NCBI GenBank assembly: GCA_964016885.1
Contig: CAXHJY010001034.1
Span: 20,207-84,206, forward strand
Reading direction: 5' to 3'
DNA from: Eledone cirrhosa
Lineage: Eukaryota
DNA length: 64,000 nucleotides
The translations under genes were made by a program, and so were the position numbers. Below the pieces are notes generated by a model. The model was not told the origin of the DNA. It did no database searches and worked only from the letters and a program-made list of their open reading frames with translations. Shown piece by piece: positions 1 through 12,045 of the stretch (position 1 is its first letter; each line of letters opens with the position of its first letter).

Positions 1-53
1 TGATTTGTGAGTGAAATTTGGTAGATGGAAACTATAGAAGACCATTGTATATA
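1..53 (+). mobile_element. Internal fragment of a cephalopod-type SINE
   Basis: TTGTGAGTGAAATTTGGTAGATGGAAACTATAGAAGACCATTGTATATA resembles, from memory, the mid-body of an abundant Octopus SINE that precedes a TA tract; truncated by the window edge. Confidence 0.45.
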
Positions 54-510
54 AATCCGCCTCTTCATTGCTGTAGTGGAGTCTGTGCTGCTGTATGGGT
101 CTGAGACTTGGACACTGACCAAGAGACTCACTCAGATGGTGGATGGGTGCTACACGAGAATGCTGAGGATGGCTCTGAACATTAATCAGTATACACTGAG
201 GATGAAAAACTCAGAGCTGTATGGGAGCATCCCAAAAGTCAGCTCAAAAGTGATACAGAGGAGACTGAGGTTGGCTGGACATGCTCACCGACATCCAGAG
301 TTGACATTGCACTCAGTGCTCCTTTGGGAGCCCCTACATGGACACACTAGAAGGGGAAGACCAAGGTTAACATATGTTGATGCCCTAAGGACAGACACTG
401 GTCTGTTGGAGATGCAGGATATGGCAGCGATAATGAGGGACAGAGACCGCTGGAGAGAACTCGTCCATGGATCTCGGGAATTTTACCCGCCTTAGATAGA
501 TAGATATATA
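54..510 (+). mobile_element. RTE-clade LINE 3' fragment (ORF2 C-terminus plus (TAGA)n tail)
   Basis: ORF 76-495 has LLYGSETW, RRLRLAGH, RGRPRLTY and DRDRW motifs; the stop is followed by TAGATAGATAGA. Confidence 0.85.
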
Positions 511-546
511 TATCCTGACTTCTGTTTTTTTTTATTGTTCTATGTA

Positions 547-2426
547 CAAACAAGAGAGAAGCTAGACGTCAGGTGTACTTAGCACGCAAGGAGACTGAGA
601 GTAGGAGGTTTGCCAATGTTCTGCGACGGGAAGATCAGAGACGGGCGGTGTTCCGCATTGCAAGGCAGTGTGTCAGTGCAAATCAGGATGTTGTTGGAGA
701 TAAGTGTGTCCGGAATGATGCCAGTGTACTTAGTATCACGAATGATCAAAAGAAGGAGGCCTGGAAATGTCATTATGAGAGACTGATGAATGTAGAGAAC
801 GAATGGGACAGAGGAATTACCCACAGTAGACCCGACAGAGGGACCAGCTATTGAGATTGACGAATATAGGGTCCAAGAGGCAATTAAGGAAATGAAGAAT
901 GGTAAGGCTGCTGGGCCGTCGGGGATAGTTGCTGAGATGCTGAAGCCTTCAGGAGTAGGCACTAAACTAGTTGCACGCATCATTAATCAAGCTATATATG
1001 GTCGTATCATACCCAAAGACTGGTGCAGCAGTATTCTCATAAATTGTTACAAAGGTAACGGGGATTCTCTAGAGAGGAGCAATTATAGGAGCATAAAGCT
1101 GATGGATCAGGTTATGAAAGTGGCAGAGAGAATATTAGTGCAACTAATTAGAGAAAGGGTCAATTTAGATGAGATGCAGTTTGGTTTTGTGCCTCGGAAA
1201 AGTACAACAGATGCCCTCTTCATAGTAAGGCAACTACAAGAGAGGTTCTTAGAGAAGAATAAGCCACTATACTTAGCTTTTGTTGACCTAGAGAAGGCTT
1301 TTGATAGGGTACCTCGATCTGTCATCTGGTGGTCCCTAAGGAAACTAGGTGTAGAGGAATGGCTTGTGAGGACAGTGCAAGCTATGTACAGGGGTGCTGT
1401 CAGTAAAGTGAGAATAGGAATGGAGTTTAGTGAGGAATTCCAGATACAAGTAGGAGTAATCAGGGTTCGGTCCTCAGCCCACTCTTGTTCATTATAGTCC
1501 TCCAAGCCATAACGGAGAAGTTTAAGACTGGATGCCCTTGGGAACTTCTCTATGCTGATGATCTGGTTCTTATAGCAGAATCAGTAGAGGAGCTAGAGAA
1601 TAAATTCTGGCTATGGAAACAGCAATTGTAATCAAGGGGCCTGAGAGTGAACATAACTAAAACAAAGGCGTTGATAAGTAGAAGAGAGGACAATACTCTG
1701 ATTCCATCAGGGAAATGGCCATGTTCGATATGTAGGAAAGGAACTGGCATAAATTCTATAAAATGTACGCAATGCAGATCTTGGGTACACAAGAGATGTA
1801 GCGGGATAGTAGGCAAACTAACAGGTAGGGAAAACTACGTATGCAGTAGATGTACAGGGAAAGTTGGCAGTAGTAATCGATGTGATAGACTCATTTTTCC
1901 AATGCAGGTGGGTTCTATAGAAGTGGTTGATAGCTTCCTGTACCTAGGTGATCAGATTAGCATGGGGGGGGGGGTCCGAGGCCATAGTATCTAGAATAAG
2001 GATGGGTTGGAAGAAGTTTAGGGAGCTGCTTCCTCTGTTGACAAAGAGGGGTTTCTCCCTGCGTACGAAAGGACGGTTATATGATGCTTGTGTGAGATGC
2101 ACGATGCTGCATGGTAGTGAGACATGGACAGCAACTGCAGAAGATATGCGACGGCTGGAGAGAAATGAAGCAAGTATGCTTCGTTGGATGTGCAATGTCA
2201 ATGTGCGTGAACGACCAAGCATAGACGAGTTGAGAAAGAAACTGGGTATAAGAGGGATAAGTTGTGGTGTGCAGGAGAGAAGACTGAGATGGTATGGACA
2301 TGTGATGGGCATGGAGGATGACCGATGGGTGACGAAGGATCGTGACGGGTGGAGAGATGCTGTGCTGAATAGCACCCGTCCAACCCTTGCAAGCAGGGAA
2401 AAGCGGACGTAAAATGAAGATGATGA
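547..2426 (+). mobile_element. Decayed, 5'-truncated RTE LINE with a PHD finger within the RT region
   Basis: KAAGPSGI, NYRSIKL, QFGF, FVDLEKAFDRV, YADD (~1551), PHD-like C4HC3 (~1720-1853), MLHGSETW, RRLRWYGH; frameshifts and stops; (GAT)n tail. Confidence 0.9.
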
Positions 2427-2682
2427 TATATATATATATACACACATATGTTTTGCAAGGTTTTTAATATGAAATCGTGTGTCGAAACAAATATTGTTAT
2501 ACTTGGGGAGGGTCATATTGTTGTAATAATATTGCCAGAAACAATAACAGAACACACTCACTGTTTGGTTGGTTTTCGCTTCTGTATCTTTTATATCTCC
2601 ATAGTTAATTTATTCGGCAATCAATGTTTATCATTGATTGACCAAGGTTAAAAATACAGATATAAATATATATATAGTCTAT

Positions 2683-2720
2683 CAAAGTTCTTTCGTTGCA
2701 CATCTGCAACATCATCAGTG
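2683..2720 (-). ncRNA. Minimal hammerhead-like motif in the Naiad pLTR
   Basis: CA-CTGATGA-T-GTTGCA(gatg)TGCAAC-GAAA-GAAC-TT-TG; strong stem II, only about 2 bp of stem I resolvable. Confidence 0.5.
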
Positions 2721-2757
2721 TTTCCCCCTTTGTATTGTATGTCTACGCCATTTTTAT

Positions 2758-2959
<202 letters not shown>

Positions 2960-4075
2960 GTCTCCGTCTCTGTGAATGCGTTTACGTGTGTGTATAATGT
3001 TTGGTGTGTGTTTGAGTGTATGTATTTTTGTTTTTGTATTCTATCTTTGTTTACTAGTGTGTGTTTATGTGTTTGTTGTTATTGTGTATATATTTATTTA
3101 TTTATTTATATTTCCCTTAAGTCAGTATTGTTTGTTTGGGTATGGTTGTTGTTGTTATTCCATTCATTTTTTCTGTTTAACTTCGGTCTTCTTAGCTCTA
3201 TCTCAGTTGCTTCTCTGATTTGTCTCTGATTGAGTCATTTCTATGTTTAGATATTATTTTAATTTCTATATTGTCTATGTTACCGTCATGTCTTTGTCTG
3301 GTGTGTTCGTATAGTACTGAACCGTTTTTTTTTTTGTCCTTTTAGTTCCCCCCAGTGTTGGTCTATTCTTTCTCCTATACTTCGAGCTGTCTCACCTATG
3401 TATGTTGTTGTCATGTTTCTGCAAGTACCCCCTGTACATCTTATGCTATAGACTACATTTCTAGTTTTAAAATTTATCCGGGGGTTCATTTACATTTCTT
3501 ATTTTTACAGTGGGTTTTCTTAAAGGGGTATGTTTTGCTGGTCAGGGATTTTATGGTAGTTCCTGGCTTTTCTACCACTTTAATCTTTAAATGGGTCTTT
3601 CTTAGGGCATTTCTACATTGGTTAGCTAATTTCCCTCCAGGGGTAGCATCCTATCTTATGTTTAGTCCTATCTAAGCTATTCCATGATTTGCTTCTGTAT
3701 AATGGGAAAATTCCTTTCATGTCCAGTTCTATTAGGGTCTTATATTTCTCCGTGGCTCCTTTGTATACTCTGATTCTGTCTCTTTGGTTGTAGCCAGAGA
3801 ACTGCATGCGGTTGATGAAGTGTTGAATGTGTCTTTCCATTTCTGTTGGGTCGCACATGCGGGACACATTCTTCATCACTCTTACCAAAGAAAGAACTTT
3901 GATAGACTATATATATATTTATATCTGTATTTTTTAACCGTTGGTCAATCAATGATAAACGTTGATTGCCAAATGGAGATATAAAAGATACAGAAGTGAA
4001 GATCAACCAAACAGTAAGTGTGTTCTGTTATTATTTCTGGCAATATCATTAACACAATATGACCCTCCCCAAGTA

Positions 4076-4079
<4 letters not shown>

Positions 4080-4131
<52 letters not shown>

Positions 4132-4134
4132 CAC

Positions 4135-4168
<34 letters not shown>

Positions 4169-4430
4169 ATATACATACACATATATATACATATATTTAC
4201 ATATATATATATATACATATATATATACATATATATACATATATATATACATATATATATACATATATATATACATATATATATACATATATATATACAT
4301 ATATATATACATATATATATACATATATATATACATATATATATACATATATATATACATATATATATACATATATATATACATATATATATACATATAT
4401 ATATACATATATATATACATATATATATAC

Positions 4431-4500
<70 letters not shown>
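4080..4500. repeat. (TA)n/(TACA) microsatellite
   Basis: Direct inspection; similar tracts at 4680-4870, 5740-5993 and 7458-7655. Confidence 0.95.
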
Positions 4501-4503
<3 letters not shown>

Positions 4504-4679
4504 TGAGATTCTACAGGACTAGAACTGTTTCATTCTTCAGAAATCATCAGAGATTCCTGATGATTTCTGAAGAATGAAAGTTCTAGTCCTGTAGAATCTC
4601 ATCTATATTAAAACCTTTATACTCTATGTATTGAGTACCTTACTTACTGTGGTTACCTCCGATTCAACCCGGAATAACG

Positions 4680-4680
<1 letters not shown>
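4499..4680 (+). mobile_element. PLE pseudo-LTR remnant with fold-back
   Basis: Inverted arms 4499-4550 / 4557-4607, hammerhead motif, TATTGAGTAC motif, TA flanks on both sides. Confidence 0.65.
4550..4600 (+). ncRNA. Type I hammerhead ribozyme motif (stem III damaged in this arm)
   Basis: GAGATTC-CTGATGA-tTTC(tgaa)GAAt-GAAA-[CA]G ttctagtc CTG-TA-GAATCTC; 7-bp stem I; the missing CA is retained in the inverted arm. Confidence 0.65.
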
Positions 4681-4713
<33 letters not shown>

Positions 4714-4867
4714 CACATATATATACATATATATATATACATATACACATATATATACATATATATATATACATATATATATATATACATATACACATAT
4801 ATATACATATATATATATACATATATATATACATATATATATACATATATATATACACATATATATA

Positions 4868-5740
4868 CATATTTCGTTATCGATCTATGTAGGGTTAGTT
4901 ACAAAATATTACAAAATATCAGATAAGGAATATATTTACTTACAGCCGTTGTCAAAAGCAATGAGAATTTGACTCAATATCAATAGTAAATTGAGTTCTA
5001 TGATCTTATTTGGAGGTAGCTGAAGAACAAACCAATCAAATGGTATTTTGCCATATGATGTTAAGATGAAGTATAACTCACTTTAGTTGAGGTCATAACC
5101 CTTTGAAAGGAATGGTTGAATGGTGTTTTACTTATCTATATTCACCTAAAAATTCCATACAACACAACTCAACATTTAATTTTTACATTCCTTTTTAAAC
5201 TTCACTCCACCATCTACATTCCACTATCATTATATCAATCCCTTTTTCCTCATAGGTTCTTTATAGTAATTCTATTTTTAACACGATTCAACCATTCTTT
5301 TCAAAGGGTCATGACCTCAACTAAAGTGAGTTTTACTTCATCTTAACATCATATGGCAAAATACCATTTGATTGGTTTGTTCTTCAGCTACCTCCAAATA
5401 AGATCATAGAACTCAATTTACTATTGATTTTGAATAAAATTCTCATTGCTTTTGACAACGGCTGATGATATACATGTAAGTAAATATATTGCTTATCTGA
5501 TAACGAAATATGCGTACGATGTATTATTATCACCTAGAAACGATCGTAAAGCAGTGAAGTATATTTCTAATGACTTGAATTTTTATTTCATTGTTTTAAC
5601 TTATATCATAACTCTGTTTTCCTTTTGATGTTTTATTGTTTTCCGGGATTTATTTTAACCTACAACATTTTCAACATATGGATTACATTGAGTCCTTCAT
5701 GCAGACTAGACCCCAAAACTTACCGTGGATATCTCTGTAC
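4868..5740 (+). mobile_element. PLE pseudo-LTR with a long inverted duplication
   Basis: Arms ~4868-5121 / 5286-5511; related to the element at 30260-30705; TA flanks. Confidence 0.7.
5443..5557 (+). ncRNA. Type I hammerhead ribozyme, U3-A8 core variant, long stem II
   Basis: TCATTGCTT-TTGACAA-cGG...CCta-GAAAC(gatc)GTA-AAGCAGTGA; 9-bp stem I; palindromic ACGATCGT stem III. Confidence 0.7.
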
Positions 5741-5950
5741 ATATATATATCGATATATATATACATATATACATACATATATATCTATATATATATCTGT
5801 ATGTCTATATACAAACACATATATATATATATACATATATACACACACACACACACACACATTGTATATATATATATGTATATATGTATATATACTCACA
5901 TATCCATTTGTTATTAGCACAGATTAACAGTTTCAGCAAACAATTTCTGA

Positions 5951-5997
<47 letters not shown>

Positions 5998-6098
5998 GTT
6001 TGAATATGTATAATAAAGCCAAAACAATGCAGGTATGGACATAGAAAAAAGAATGCAATTGCAAAAGATATTGTTGACAATTCGTCTTTTACGTTAGA

Positions 6099-6155
6099 TT
6101 TATTTTAAACGTCCTTAATTTTCGAGATAATATCTCTTCTTCAGAGGGAAATAAA
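6099..6155 (-). ncRNA. Minimal type I hammerhead motif (sense to the PLE ORF)
   Basis: TTTATTTc-CCT-CTGAAGA-a-GAGAT(att)ATCTC-GAAA-AT-TA-AGG...AAATAAA; palindromic AATT in stem III. Confidence 0.6.
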
Positions 6156-6534
6156 GGTCTCAAACCAGCGTTCTAAATATCTTGCCAAGCCATGCTGGCA
6201 GGAAATAGTATAGAGTATCTGTTCTATCTCTAATGTCAAAGAGTTAAAATTAGGTGGATAAAGAGTAGTCTCCCTTTAAAAGGGGTTTGTTTAGGTTTTT
6301 TTAAAAAATATACATGCCTGTTTAAGTGTGTGGGAGAATGCATGAAGGTGTAAGTATGTGAGTGTGTGTGTGAGAAGATAAGTCTATTCGTAAATGTGGG
6401 GGATAGGTGTTATCTGGTGTTAGAACTGGTTTTGTGTGTGTATGTGTGAGAGAGAATAAGTGGAGGTGTAAGCGTGTGTGTGTGTGCGTGCGTCTGTGTG
6501 TATGGGGTGTGTAAATATGGGGCTAGAAGCCCTA

Positions 6535-7227
6535 TCAGGTTATAAATTGGGTGTTGAGTTCTAGTCTATTATTGATAGGTGGTTGTGTTTTATTTATAAT
6601 TAGTGCTTCCTTAATTCTAAGATTGCTGAGGTTTCTTTCCTTAGTTTCTATCCTAACTGTTATGGTTTTGTCGGTGTTTTTGCATTTAACTAGGTGTTTC
6701 TTAAATGAGGAAGCGTTAGTATTGAGGTGTTCTTTTATTCTTATGTGGAGTGGTCTGGTGGTGCTACCTACGTAGAAGTTGTTGCATTTGTCACACTCTA
6801 GTCTGTATACAACGTAAGCCTGGTGGCATAGGTCTGTGTCGTTGATGGGGCAGTTGGCTAGTCTGCAGCAGTTGTCATGTCTGGTGGAGTGTCTTTTGGC
6901 TAGCTGTCCGCGCAGAGAAGGACCTGAGTGGGCCAGTTGGATATTTAGTCCTTCTCGTCTGATGGCTCTGCGGATGGCTGTTGTTGTTTCTTCACTGAAG
7001 TGTGGGAGCTTCAGGAAGCAAGTGTTAGTGCCTCGGGTGTGGTGTCCTCTGTTCTTTCTGGCACGGTTTGTGGTGGATGTCGTGTATCCGTTCAGTTTGA
7101 GTACTTCCAGGAAATGGGTGGTGTGTGTGTCTCGGTCTCTAGCGTCGGTGCATTTGTTCCGGATACGTGCCAGTTCGTTCCTTATGTATCCGAACTTGGC
7201 ACCGAGTGGGAGAGCCGATCTGGCAAG
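6535..7227 (-). CDS. PLE polyprotein C-terminus: RT thumb, Cys-rich linker and GIY-YIG endonuclease (no start codon, so missed by the ORF track)
   Basis: Hand translation is open for 230 aa: SALPLGAKFGYIRNELARI...NGY...LPHFS...CRLANCPINDTDLC...VVYRLECDKCNNFYVGSTTRPLHIRIKEH...KH...IKEALII...PPIN. Confidence 0.88.
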   Translation of the reverse strand, partial: LARSALPLGAKFGYIRNELARIRNKCTDARDRDTHTTHFLEVLKLNGYTTSTTNRARKNRGHHTRGTNTCFLKLPHFSEETTTAIRRAIRREGLNIQLAHSGPSLRGQLAKRHSTRHDNCCRLANCPINDTDLCHQAYVVYRLECDKCNNFYVGSTTRPLHIRIKEHLNTNASSFKKHLVKCKNTDKTITVRIETKERNLSNLRIKEALIINKTQPPINNRLELNTQFIT

Positions 7228-7252
7228 ATATTTAGAACGCTGGTTTGAGACC

Positions 7253-7309
7253 TTTATTTCCCTCTGAAGAAGAGATATTATCTCGAAAATTAAGGACGTT
7301 TAAAATAAA
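7253..7309 (+). ncRNA. Inverted copy of the 6099-6155 hammerhead motif
   Basis: Same sequence in the inverted arm; CTGAAGA at 7264-7270. Confidence 0.6.
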
Positions 7310-7495
7310 TGTAAGGTAAAAGACGAATTGTCAACAATATCTTTTGCCATTGCATTCTTTTTTCTATGTCCATACCTGCATTGTTTTGGCTTTATTATAC
7401 ATATTCAAACGTTTATACCTCATTACACAATGCTTCAAGTGAACTATAACCTCCTCCATATATATATATGTACAAACACACATTATATATATATA

Positions 7496-7537
<42 letters not shown>

Positions 7538-7587
7538 CGCACACACAACCTTTATCAAGCCATCTCTGGATTTTGGTGTCTAGTATT

Positions 7588-7634
<47 letters not shown>

Positions 7635-7654
7635 TATATATATATATATATATA

Positions 7655-8379
7655 TAACTACTTTTCCCATCTTGACGTTATAGTCGCATATATGTTATAG
7701 AATGCCGTTAGCTTCTTGCTAAAACAATCTCTATACCTCTCATTTATATTTATACTCGGATTCTTTTCCTAGAGTGCTTAAACTATCTGTGACTAATCCC
7801 GGTTTTTTTCATAAAAACTGTGATAATTATTGCTATTTTGCTGAACTCCTTTGTAGAGTTTTTTTCAGAATGTATTTGACTGCTATTTCTTGTAAATAAA
7901 CATTCACTTCCATCCTGACGTCACTAGCCCCGTTTTTTCCTCATGTGCTTTTCCATAAATACACATGAAGGCGAACTAGCCAGTTTTAGAATTCCCTTTT
8001 TCGGATTATATTACTGTGAGAGCCCTGGTTTTCTGTTGAGGTCTACTGATGAATGAAATTCCAACCGTGACCATCTCCACTGAAAGTTTTCATGAAATAG
8101 TCTTTTAAGACTATACAGAGCATTTGATGTTATTCCAAATTGAAGGATAAGTGTTTCAAACTTTATTTTATCATGAGTTAAAGGTCTATAGATTTTTCCC
8201 TGGATTTTACTAAATTCTGTGGATGAATTTATATCCTGATTCTCTTTTGAGATGAGTTTGAGTTATTTTTCCTAAATCTTTCGTTAACTACTTTTCCCAT
8301 CTTGACGTTATAGTCGCATATATGTTATAGAATGCCGTTAGCTTCTTGCTAAAACAATCTCTATACCTCTCATTTATAT
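7655..8379. repeat. Pair of ~95-bp direct repeats 630 bp apart (7655-7749, 8285-8379)
   Basis: TAACTACTTTTCCCATCTTGACG...CCTCTCATTTATAT occurs twice, apparently identical. Confidence 0.9.
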
Positions 8380-8413
8380 ATATATATGCACACACACACA
8401 TCAACAAAAAGTG

Positions 8414-8535
8414 TGGATAGGATCGATAAAATAAGTATCGGACTTGAAAATAATAAGTACTGGGGTTGATATGATCAACTAAATCAAGGGAGTGCCCCAG
8501 CATGGCCACAGTCTGGAGATTGAAACCATCAAAAT
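8414..8535 (+). mobile_element. SINE 3' fragment with a CR1-like tail
   Basis: GATCGATAAAATAAGTA...ACTGGGGTTGAT...GTGCCCCAGCATGGCCACAG...TGAAAC. Confidence 0.7.
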
Positions 8536-8589
8536 AATATTTGTTCAAGTTCTTCATATATCTGAGCATGCAAAATAATTGACACATCA

Positions 8590-11500
8590 TCAGTGTTGTA
8601 TTCTGGAGTCACTGGATGTTTCAGGTCTTACAGCATAGTCACCCTCAACCAGGTGACCCAACTACAGAACATTATCAGTGTTGTATCCTGGAGTCACTGG
8701 GTGTTTCAGGTCTTACAGCATAGTCACCCTCAACCAGGTGACCCAACTACAGAACATTATCAGTGTTGTATTCTGAAGTCTCTGAGTGTTTCAGGTCTTA
8801 CAGCATAGTCACCCTCAACCAGGTGACCCAACTACAGAACATTATCAGTGTTGTATTCTGAAGTCTCTGAGTGTTTCAGGTCTTACAGCATAGTCACCCT
8901 CAACCAGGTGACCCAACTACAGAACATTATCAGTGTTGTATTCTGAAGTCTCTGGGTGTTTCAGGTCTTACAGCATAGTCACCCTCAACCAGGTGACCCA
9001 ACTACAGAACATTATCAGTGTTGTATTCTGAAGTCTCTGAGTGTTTCAGGTCTTACAGCATAGTCACCCTCAACCAGGTGACCCAACTACAGAACATTAT
9101 CAGTGTTGTATTCTGAAGTCTCTGGATGTTTCAGGTCTTACAGCATAGTCACCCTCAACCAGGTGACCCAACTACAGAACATTATCAGTGTTGTATTCTG
9201 AAGTCACTGGGTGTTTCAGGTCTTACAGCATAGTCACCCTCAACCAGGTGACCCAACTACAGAACATTATCAGTGTTGTATTCTGAAGTCTCTGAGTGTT
9301 TCAGGTCTTACAGCATAGTCACCCTCAACCAGGTGACCCAACTACAGAACATTATCAGTGTTGTATTCTGAAGTCTCTGAGTGTTTCAGGTCTTACAGCA
9401 TAGTCACCCTCAACCAGGTGACCCAACTACAGAACATTATCAGTGTTGTATTCTGAAGTCTTTGGGTGTTTCAGGTCTTACAGCATAGTCACCCTCAACC
9501 AGGTGACCCAACTACAGAACATTATCAGTGTTGTATCCTGAAGTCTCTGGGTGTTTCAGGTCTTACACCATAGTCACCCTCAACCAGGTGACCCAACTAC
9601 AGAACATTATCAGTGTTGTATTCTGAAGTCTCTGGGTGTTTCAGGTCTTACAGCATAGTCACCCTCAACCAGGTGACCCAACTACAAAACATTATCAGTG
9701 TTGTATTCTGAAGTCTTTGGGTGTTTCAGGTCTTACAGCATAGTCACCCTCAACCAGGTGACCCAACTACAGAACATTATCAGTGTTGTATTCTGAAGTC
9801 TCTGAGTGTTTCAGGTCTTACAGCATAGTCACCCTCAACCAGGTGACCCAACTACAGAACATTATCAGTGTTGTATCCTGAAGTCTCTGGGTGTTTCAGG
9901 TCTTACAGCATAGTCACCCTCAACCAGGTGACCCAACTACAGGACATTATCAGTGTTGTATCCTGAAGTCTTTGGGTGTTTCAGGTCTTACAGCATAGTC
10001 ACCCTCAACCAGGTGACCCAACTACAGAACATTATCAGTGTTGTATCCTGAAGTCTTTGGGTGTTTCAGGTCTTACAGCATAGTCACCCTCAACCAGGTG
10101 ACCCAACTACAGGACATAATCAGTGTTGTATCCTGAAGTCTCTGGATGTTTCAGGTCTTACAGCATAGTCACCCTCAACCAGGTGACCCAACTACAGAAC
10201 ATTATCAGTGTTGTATTCTGAAGTCTCTGGGTGTTTCAGGCCTTACAGCATAGTCACCCTCAACCAGGTGACCCAACTACAGGACATAATCAGTGTTGTA
10301 TCCTGAAGTCTCTGGATGTTTCAGGTCTTACAGCATAGTCACCCTCAACCAGGTGACCCAACTACAGAACATTATCAGTGTTGTATCCTGAAGTCTTTGG
10401 GTGTTTCAGGTCTTACAACATAGTCACCCTCAACCAGGTGACCCAACTACAGAACATAATCAGCGTTGTATCCTGAAGTCACTGGGTGTTTCAGGTCTTA
10501 CAGCATAGTCACCCTCAACCAGGTGACCCAACTACAGGACATAATCAGTGTTGTATCCTGAAGTCTTTGGGTGTTTCAGGTCTTACAACATAGTCACCCT
10601 CAACCAGGTGACCCAACTACAGGACATAATCAGTGTTGTATCCTGAAGTCTTTGGGTGTTTCAGGTCTTACAGCATAGTCACCCTCAACCAGGTGACCCA
10701 ACTACAGAACATTATCAGTGTTGTATTCTGAAGTCTTTGGGTGTTTCAGGTCTTACAGCATAGTCACCCTCAACCAGGTGACCCAACTACAGAACATTAT
10801 CAGTGTTGTATCCTGAAGTCACTGGGTGTTTCAGGTCTTACAGCATAGTCACCCTCAGCCAGGTGACCCAACTACAGAACATTATCAGTGTTGTATTCTG
10901 GAGTCACTGGGTGTTTCAGGTCTTACAGCATAGTCACCCTCAACCAGGTGACCCAACTACAGAACATTATCAGTGTTGTATTCTGAAGTCACTGGGTGTT
11001 TCAGGTCTTACAACATAGTCACCCTCAACCAGGTGACCCAACTACAGAACATTATCAGTGTTGTATTCTGAAGTCTCTGGGTGTTTCAGGTCTTACAGCA
11101 TAGTCACCCTCAACCAGGTGACCCAACTACAGAACATTATCAGTGTTGTATCCTGAAGTCTCTGAGTGTTTCAGGTCTTACAGCATAGTCACCCTCAACC
11201 AGGTGACCCAACTACAGAACATTATCAGTGTTGTATTCTGGAGTCACTGGATGTTTCAGGTCTTACAGCATAGTCACCCTCAACCAGGTGACCCAACTAC
11301 AGAACATAATCAGTGTTGTATCCTGAAGTCTCTGAGTGTTTCAGGTCTTACAGCATAGTCACCCTCAACCAGGTGACCCAACTACAGAACATTATCAGTG
11401 TTGTATTCTGGAGTCACTGGATGTTTCAGGTCTTACAACATAGTCACCCTCAACCAGGTGACCCAACTACAGGACATAATCAGTGTTGTATCTCAAGTCT

Positions 11501-12045
11501 TTGGGTGTTTCAGGTCTTACAACATAGTCACCCTCAACCAGGTGACCCAACTACAGAACATTATCAGTGTTGTATTCTGAAGTCTTTGTGTGTTTCAGGT
11601 CTTACAGCATAGTCACCCTCAACCAGGTGACCCAACTACAGAACATTATCAGTGTTGTATTCTGGAGTCTCTGGGTGTTTCAGGTCTTACAACATAGTCA
11701 CCCTCAACCAGGTGACCCAACTACAGGACATAATCAGTGTTGTATCCTGGAGTCTCTGGGTGTTTCAGGTTTTACAACATAGTCACCCTCAACCAGGTGA
11801 CCCAACTACAGGACATAATCAGTGTTGTATCCTGAAGTCTTTGTGTGTTTCAGGTCTTACAACATAGTCACCCTCAACCAGGTGACCCAACTACAGGACA
11901 TAATCAGTGTTGTATCCTGAAGTCTTTGGGTGTTTCAGGTCTTACAACATAGTCACCCTCAACCAGGTGACCCAACTACAGGAAATAATCAGTGCTGTAT
12001 CCTGAAGTCTTTGGGTGTTTCAGGTCTTAAAACATAGTCACCCCT
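8590..12045. repeat. 85-bp tandem minisatellite, about 40 copies
   Basis: Unit CAGTGTTGTATTCTGAAGTCTCTGAGTGTTTCAGGTCTTACAGCATAGTCACCCTCAACCAGGTGACCCAACTACAGAACATTAT; period 85 (8591, 8676, 8761...). Confidence 0.97.

Larger units (their letters stand above)
5992..7457 (-). mobile_element. 5'-truncated Penelope-like element (second family) with an inverted pLTR copy
   Basis: GIY-YIG ORF remnant; arms ~5992-6187 / 7221-7416 with few mismatches; TA flanks. Confidence 0.88.

Noticed and set aside
5462-5468. CTGATGA as the core of the 5443 ribozyme
   Set aside because: It pairs within stem II (TGATGAT/ATTATCA) and gives no stem I; alignment with 30357 places the core at TTGACAA.
8046-8058. CTGATGA-AT-GAAA hammerhead-like string
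   Set aside because: No room for stem II and no stem I or III.
8590-12045. 85-bp array as a CRISPR array
   Set aside because: There are no unique spacers (the whole unit repeats), no cas genes, and the context is eukaryotic.
8590-12045. Hammerhead (CTGATAA...GAAAC, minus strand) or coding repeat in the satellite unit
   Set aside because: C3-A8 mismatch with no convincing stems I and III; the unit length is not a multiple of 3 and frames contain stops.
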